This document shows positions 27,066 through 31,784 of a stretch of DNA of 31,784 nucleotides, one piece after another. The position numbers were made by a program, and so were the translations under genes. Position 1 is the stretch's first letter. Every line of letters begins with the position of its first letter. Source of the stretch: Candidatus Methylomirabilia bacterium (lineage in GTDB: Bacteria > Methylomirabilota > Methylomirabilia > Rokubacteriales > CSP1-6); assembly GCA_041496385.1 (NCBI GenBank), contig JBGQEL010000043.1, positions 1 to 31,784 of the forward strand, in the 5' to 3' direction. Below the pieces are notes generated by a model. The model ran no database searches and was not told where the DNA came from. It was given only the letters and a program-made list of their open reading frames with translations.

Positions 27066-27529
27066 GGCTGCAGCGCCTTCGCCGCGCGCTGTACGGCGCG
27101 GACGATGCGGTTGTGCGAGGCGCAGCGGCAGAGGTGGCCGTTCAGCGCCGACTTGACGTCGCCGTCGCTCGGCCGGGGGTTGCGGTCGAGCAGCGCCTTG
27201 GCCGCCATGACCATGCCGTTGCCGCAGAACCCGCACTGGCAGGCCTGCTCGTCGATGAAGGCGCGCTGGAGCGGATGCGGCTTCTCGACGGTTCCCAGGC
27301 CCTCGATGGTCGTGATCTCGCGCTTCGCGACGACGGAGACCGGCGCCACGCAGGACCGCAGGGGCCGCCCGTCCACCAGAACCGTGCAGGCGCCGCACTG
27401 CGCCAGGCCGCAGCCGAACTTCGGGCCGTTCAGCTCGAGGTCGTTTCTCAGCAGGTAGAGGAGCGGCGTGTCGGGCTCGGCCGACACCGTCCGGGTCACT
27501 CCGTTCACGCGCAGGCTGAAGCTCTTCAT
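27062..27529 (-). CDS. (2Fe-2S)-binding small subunit (IorA/NicA/CoxS-like)
   Basis: KFGCGLAQCGACTV, QCGFCGNG, HLCRCASH. Confidence 0.93.
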   Translation of the reverse strand: MKSFSLRVNGVTRTVSAEPDTPLLYLLRNDLELNGPKFGCGLAQCGACTVLVDGRPLRSCVAPVSVVAKREITTIEGLGTVEKPHPLQRAFIDEQACQCGFCGNGMVMAAKALLDRNPRPSDGDVKSALNGHLCRCASHNRIVRAVQRAAKALQP

Positions 27530-28797
27530 GCTTTCTCGAAATCGGTGCGCTCGTACACGGGCAATCCCTGAAGCTGGCGGCGCAGGCAGTCGAGCCCCAT
27601 CTCGACCGCGCCCAGGCGCACCCAGTCGCGACCGCCGAGGATGCGGCTGCGCCGGGAGGCGGCGTCCCGGCCCGCCGCGATGGCCAGGTAGATCGTCCCG
27701 CCGAACTCCAGACGGTCCGCGCCGTCGTCGAGGTCGACGAGGACCGCCAGCGCGTGCGTGGCGCCCGTCTGACGCTGGGCGGCGCGCGCGACGGCCTCGG
27801 CCGTCTCGGGCGTGAGCTCGCCCGCGGCCGGCGCGCCCTCGAGGCCGACGGCCGCCCACAGCTCGGCGAGGTCGCGCGCCACGAGGCCACGGCGGAAGAT
27901 CTTCTCCGCGCCCGGAAGGTGCGCGATGCGCGCGGCGATCTGGCCGCTCGTGAACGTCTCGACGATCGAGAGCGAGGCGCCTCGCCCCGCGAGCTCACCC
28001 AGGACCACGCCCTCCAGCGTCTGATCGTCCTCGGCCAGGATGAAGTTGCCGAGGCGCTTGCGCACCTCCTGCTCGACCGGCGCGAGCTTTCGCCGGACGT
28101 CGTCCATGTCCGTCCCGCGCACGGTCAGCTTGGTCTCGAGCTGCGGATAGTGGGCCCGGAAGCCGAGCTTCACGCTCCCGTCGGGCACGAGCGCGTCCAC
28201 GCCCGTGAGGAGCGTGTCCACGTGCGACTCGCCGAGCCCGTACGAATGAAAGCGCTTCAGGAAGATGGCCGTCTGCAGGCCGCTCTTCGCGAGAAGTCGC
28301 GGGATGACCTGCTCCTCGAGCATGCGCTTGAGCTCGCGCGGCACCCCGGGCGTGAAGAAGAAGCGCGCGCGGCCGATGTCGAGCGCGAAGCCGCAGGCGG
28401 TGCCGACGGGATTGTCGATCACCTCCGCCGTGGCGGGCAGCATCGCCTGCTTGCGGTTGTTGGGCGGCATGACGCGGCTGCGCCGGCGAAAGAAGTCCTC
28501 CATGCGCGCGAGCCAGTCCGCGTTGAGGGCGAGCTCGACGCCCGCGGCCTGGGCGGCGACCTCCTGCGACAGATCGTCGACCGTCGGTCCCAGGCCGCCG
28601 TTGACGATGACCGCGTCGGCGCGCTCGCCCGCGAGCTGGAACGCCCGCAGGAGGCTTTCGCGATCGTCGCCGACCGTCGTCTCCCAGCGGACCGACAGCC
28701 CGACGTCCTCGAGCTTCTGGCTGATGTAGCTGAAGTTGGTGTTGACGATCTTCCCCGTCAGCACCTCGTCGCCCGTGCAGATGATCTCGATGCGCAT
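27526..28797 (-). CDS. cinA: CinA-like protein (COG1058 molybdopterin-binding-like domain plus a degenerate PncC/NMN-deamidase domain)
   Basis: IICTGDEVLTGKIVNTN, VGDD, GGLGPTVDDLS, NPVGTACG, PGVPRE; the C-terminal domain has VETFTSG instead of AESCTGG. Confidence 0.85.
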   Translation of the reverse strand: MRIEIICTGDEVLTGKIVNTNFSYISQKLEDVGLSVRWETTVGDDRESLLRAFQLAGERADAVIVNGGLGPTVDDLSQEVAAQAAGVELALNADWLARMEDFFRRRSRVMPPNNRKQAMLPATAEVIDNPVGTACGFALDIGRARFFFTPGVPRELKRMLEEQVIPRLLAKSGLQTAIFLKRFHSYGLGESHVDTLLTGVDALVPDGSVKLGFRAHYPQLETKLTVRGTDMDDVRRKLAPVEQEVRKRLGNFILAEDDQTLEGVVLGELAGRGASLSIVETFTSGQIAARIAHLPGAEKIFRRGLVARDLAELWAAVGLEGAPAAGELTPETAEAVARAAQRQTGATHALAVLVDLDDGADRLEFGGTIYLAIAAGRDAASRRSRILGGRDWVRLGAVEMGLDCLRRQLQGLPVYERTDFEKA

Positions 28798-28799
28798 TC

Positions 28800-29216
28800 C
28801 TACGACTCCATGCGTCGCGCCCCCGCCGAGGCCGACGGCCCGAGGAACTCGACCATGTTACCGTCGGGGTCCTTGACGAAGATCTGGCGCAGGCCCGTCG
28901 GCCCGGAGACCACGTCGCGGCACGGCAGCCCGAGCTGCTCGATCTTCCGCGCCGTCGCGTCGGCGTCGTCGGTCCAGAGGGCGAAGTGCGGGTAGCGCGC
29001 CACGATCTTCTCGCGCTCGACCGCGGGGCGCACGAGCTGGTCGTTCAGGATGATGTGGAGCTGCAGCTCGCCGCCGAGGCTGTACCAGATGCCGGGGAAG
29101 TCGAAGGCCGGGCGCGGGATCTCCTGGAACCCGAGCAGGCCCGTGTAGAACTCCCGCGCCTTGGTGATGTCCGTGACGGTCACGCTGACGTGGCTGATCT
29201 GCTTGAACAGGCTCAT
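28800..29216 (-). CDS. VOC / glyoxalase family protein
   Basis: ISHVSVTVTDITKAREFYTGLLGF...PHFAL...QIFVKDPDGNMVEF. Confidence 0.92.
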   Translation of the reverse strand: MSLFKQISHVSVTVTDITKAREFYTGLLGFQEIPRPAFDFPGIWYSLGGELQLHIILNDQLVRPAVEREKIVARYPHFALWTDDADATARKIEQLGLPCRDVVSGPTGLRQIFVKDPDGNMVEFLGPSASAGARRMES

Positions 29217-30286
29217 CGTTCCCTCCCCTGAAAGTGCGGCATCACTTCGCGGGCGAACAGCTCCATCGAGCGCCGGATCTTGTCCTGCGGCAGGCCGCCG
29301 AAGTTCATCCAGCAGAGCACCTGGCCGACGCCCATCGCGCGCATGGCCTCGATGTGCCGCGCCACGGTGTCGGGGGACCCGAAGGCCAGCGTCTCGGCGA
29401 CGAGCCCCTCCCAGGTCACCTTGGCGAATCGCTCGGCCGCCGCACGGAAGCCCGGCTGCAGGCTCGGGTGCGCGTCCTCGATGCGGTCGGGGATCTGGAA
29501 GCGGCGCAGCGAGTCCTGGTACCACATCTCGGCGTCCTTGCTCTCGGCAAGCGCCTGCGCGTCGGTCGGCGCCACGTAGATCTGTCGCGACACGCCCCAG
29601 TTCCGGAGCAGCCCGGCGATCTCGGCCTCGCCGCGGCCGTGCCGGCGCAGCGCCGCCGTGTAGCTGTCGCGGCGCTTGAGGATCTGATCGACGGGGCCCG
29701 TCAAGACCGAGTTGAGCATGGGCCAGCCGCGCGAGGCCGTGCTCTCGATGCCGTCGTCGCTGCCGCACACCTGGTAGATCATCGGGTGCGGCCGCTGCAG
29801 GGGCTTGGGAATGACCCGGGCGTCCTTGATGGTGAAGAACCGGCCCGTGTGCGAGAAGCGCTCCTCGGTCCAGGCCCGCAGCATGATGTCGACGGCCTCG
29901 TCGAACCGCTGGCGGTTCTCCTGCTGCGGCACCTGATAGCCGGTGAACTCGGCGGGTCGGTTGCCGCGACCGACGCCGACGTCGAGCCGTCCCCGGGAGA
30001 TGACGTCGATCAGCGCGAGCTGCTCGGCGAGCCGGAGGGGATGATGGAACGGCAGGATGGCGGCGGCCAGGCCGATCCGGACCCGCCGCGTGCGCGAGGC
30101 CGCCGCGGCCGCCAGCGTGGCCGGATCCACGGCCAGGCCGTAGTCGATGAAGTGGTGCTCGGTGAGCCAGATCTGGTCGAAGCCGAGCTCCTCGGTCCAC
30201 TCCATCTGTTCCAGCTCGCGGTGGACGACCTCCTCGTGGGTCAGACCCGGCGCGGCCTGGAAGAAGAAGAAAGTCCCGAAGCGCAT
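29213..30286 (-). CDS. LLM class flavin-dependent oxidoreductase
   Basis: Start MRFGTFFFFQ at 30286; EELGFDQIWLTEHHF, GRLDVGVGRG, PKPLQRPHP, MELFAREVMPHF. Confidence 0.92.
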   Translation of the reverse strand: MRFGTFFFFQAAPGLTHEEVVHRELEQMEWTEELGFDQIWLTEHHFIDYGLAVDPATLAAAAASRTRRVRIGLAAAILPFHHPLRLAEQLALIDVISRGRLDVGVGRGNRPAEFTGYQVPQQENRQRFDEAVDIMLRAWTEERFSHTGRFFTIKDARVIPKPLQRPHPMIYQVCGSDDGIESTASRGWPMLNSVLTGPVDQILKRRDSYTAALRRHGRGEAEIAGLLRNWGVSRQIYVAPTDAQALAESKDAEMWYQDSLRRFQIPDRIEDAHPSLQPGFRAAAERFAKVTWEGLVAETLAFGSPDTVARHIEAMRAMGVGQVLCWMNFGGLPQDKIRRSMELFAREVMPHFQGRER

Positions 30287-30364
30287 GCGGTATGCCGGAC
30301 GATAGCATGCGGCCGCTTTGAAGACGATGGCTAATGTTGCTATGGTCGCCCGGGGGTGGCGCGC

Positions 30365-31426
30365 ATGCCGCAGCTGACGAACGACCAGATCGCCATTCGC
30401 GACATGACACGCGAATTCGTCCGCAAGGAGATCGCGCCGTTCGCCGCCGCCTGGGACCGCACCGCGACGGTGCCGCTGGACACGGTCCGCAAGATCGGCG
30501 CGCTCGGGCTGTTCGGCGTGTGCGTGCCGACCGAGTGGGGCGGCGCCGGCGCCGATTTCACCTCGTACATCCTGGCGACGGAAGAGCTCGCGTACGGCGA
30601 CGCCGGCGTGTGCAACATGGTGAGCGCGACGAATTCCTTCGCCCTCAAGGTCCGCCGCTTCCTCCGTCCGGTGGCGAGCGGCGGCGAGATCGCCTGCCTG
30701 ATGCTGACCGAGCCGCACGCCGGATCCGACGCGGCGAATCTGCAGACGCGCGCCGTGCGGCGGGGCGACCGCTACGTGATCGACGGCACCAAGAGCTTCA
30801 TCACCTCGGGGCGCTCGGCGAGCGTCGCGGTGCTGCTCGCGGTCACCGAGCCCGACGCCGGCAAGCGCGGCATCTCCGCCTTCCTGGTGCGCACCGATCA
30901 GCCCGGCTATCGCGTCGTCCGCGTCGAGGACAAGCTCGGCCACCGCAGCAACGATACGTGCCAGGTTGCGCTCGAGGGGCTCGAGGTGCCGGCGGAGAAC
31001 ATGCTGGGCCGCCCGGGCCAGGGCCTGAAGATCGCGCTGGCGGGCCTCGACAGCGGACGCGTCGGCGTCGCCGCGCAGTCGGTCGGGGTCGCGCGCGCCG
31101 CCTTCGACGCCGCGCTGGGCTACGCGCGCGAGCGCGAGACGTTCGGCAAGAAGCTGATCGAGCATCAGGCGATCGCCTTCACGCTGGCCGAGATGGCGAC
31201 CAACATCGAGGTGGCGCGACAGATGTGCCTGCGCGCCGCCGCGCTGAAGGAGGAGGGGGTACGGTCCATCAAGGAGGCGTCGATGTCGAAGCACGGCGGC
31301 TACGGTTTCATCAACGACTACCCGGTCGAGAAGCTCTACCGGGACGCGCGCGTCTTCCAGATCTACGACGGCACGAACGAGGTGCAGAAGATCCTGATCT
31401 CCCGCGAGCTCGCCGCGGGCCGCTGA
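30365..31426 (+). pseudogene. Acyl-CoA dehydrogenase with two apparent in-frame internal deletions
   Basis: LTEPHAGSDAA, GTKSFITSG, RETFGKKL, YRDARVFQIYDGTNEVQ are present. The usual G(T/S)xxQK segment (near 30652) and the helix between ASMSK and HGGYG (near 31291) are missing. Confidence 0.75.
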
Positions 31427-31448
31427 GCGGGCTCCCCGGCCGACGCGC

Positions 31449-31476
31449 TTGACTTGCCGGACTCAAGACGTACACT
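31449..31476 (+). promoter_or_regulatory. Putative sigma70-type promoter
   Basis: TTGACT (31449-31454), 16-nt spacer, TACACT (31471-31476). Confidence 0.65.
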
Positions 31477-31484
31477 CCCGCCAT

Positions 31485-31550
31485 AGCCGTCCAGGCGGCT
31501 CACGGTCCGCGTGAAGGGTCGAACCCACTGAGCTGCGCCACGTGGACGCG
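31485..31550 (+). ncRNA. Candidate structured 5' leader RNA (three to four consecutive hairpins)
   Basis: AGCCG/CGGCT (31485-31500), CACG/CGTG (31501-31513), GGGT/ACCC (31516-31526), then GCGCCACGTGGACGC, directly after the promoter. Confidence 0.45.
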
Positions 31551-31691
31551 CCCGCCCAGCTCGCCGACGCGCAGCTGGCGGTGGCGCGCGAGCACGGCTT
31601 CGCGAGCTGGCGACGATCGTCGGTCGCGTCGTCTCTTGACCTTCCCTCGAACGAGGCTCTCTCGCATCTCTCGGGGAGGGTAGTCCAGTGA
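31542..31691 (+). pseudogene. Remnant ORF containing LADAQLAVAREHGFASW
   Basis: GTG at 31542 gives VDAPAQLADAQLAVAREHGFASWRRSS...*; I recall this motif from N-terminal domains of ankyrin-repeat proteins; the rest of the gene is absent. Confidence 0.55.
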
Positions 31692-31784
31692 GCTTCTCGC
31701 CCGACACGCTGCGCGACCGCGTCGCGATCGTCACCGGCGCCGGCCACGGCATCGGGCGCGCGATCGCCGTCGAGCTGGCCAGGG
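31688..31784 (+). CDS. SDR family oxidoreductase, N-terminal part (runs off the window)
   Basis: RBS GGAGG; MSFSPDTLRDRVAIVTGAGHGIGRAIAVELA (TGxxxGIG). Confidence 0.88.
   Translation, partial: MSFSPDTLRDRVAIVTGAGHGIGRAIAVELAR

Noticed and set aside
326..31752. Many Arg/Pro/Ala-rich ORFs of 60-850 aa overlapping called genes
   Set aside because: No recognisable motifs; expected from stop-codon scarcity at high GC.
1..31784. tRNA, rRNA, CRISPR array, integrase or transposase
   Set aside because: No cloverleaf, rRNA-like sequence, regularly spaced repeats or recombinase motifs seen.

Overview
This is a 31.8 kb window of very GC-rich bacterial DNA. Gene content and style suggest a soil Candidatus Rokubacteria/Methylomirabilota-like organism (inference only). 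From left to right it contains: (1) the 3' end of an amidase and a 33-bp perfect inverted-repeat element; (2) a minus-strand operon of Asp/Glu racemase, MDR oxidoreductase, a PrdB/GrdB-like selenoprotein (in-frame UGA in a U-P-F-C motif with a SECIS-like hairpin, split in two by the ORF caller), an ABC deletion remnant and a secreted LVIVD-type protein that lacks a stop codon; (3) SDR, LLM and enoyl-CoA hydratase genes; (4) a hopanoid-tailoring block (hpnI, hpnJ fused to a CDP-alcohol phosphotransferase, hpnL, hpnN; no hpnK) preceded by a signal-peptide/RAPP small ORF and a CopD-like gene; (5) an MlrC/M81 peptidase and an MFS pseudogene; (6) a lower-GC island with an orphan PD-(D/E)xK nuclease-like gene and a HigBA-type toxin-antitoxin pair; (7) LLM and CMD genes, then an operon of LLM, VOC, CinA-like, 2Fe-2S and Tat-exported molybdoenzyme genes; (8) an acyl-CoA dehydrogenase with internal deletions, a structured leader with an AQxxxAREHGFASW remnant, and the start of an SDR. 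All calls come from motif recognition by eye; no database searches were run.
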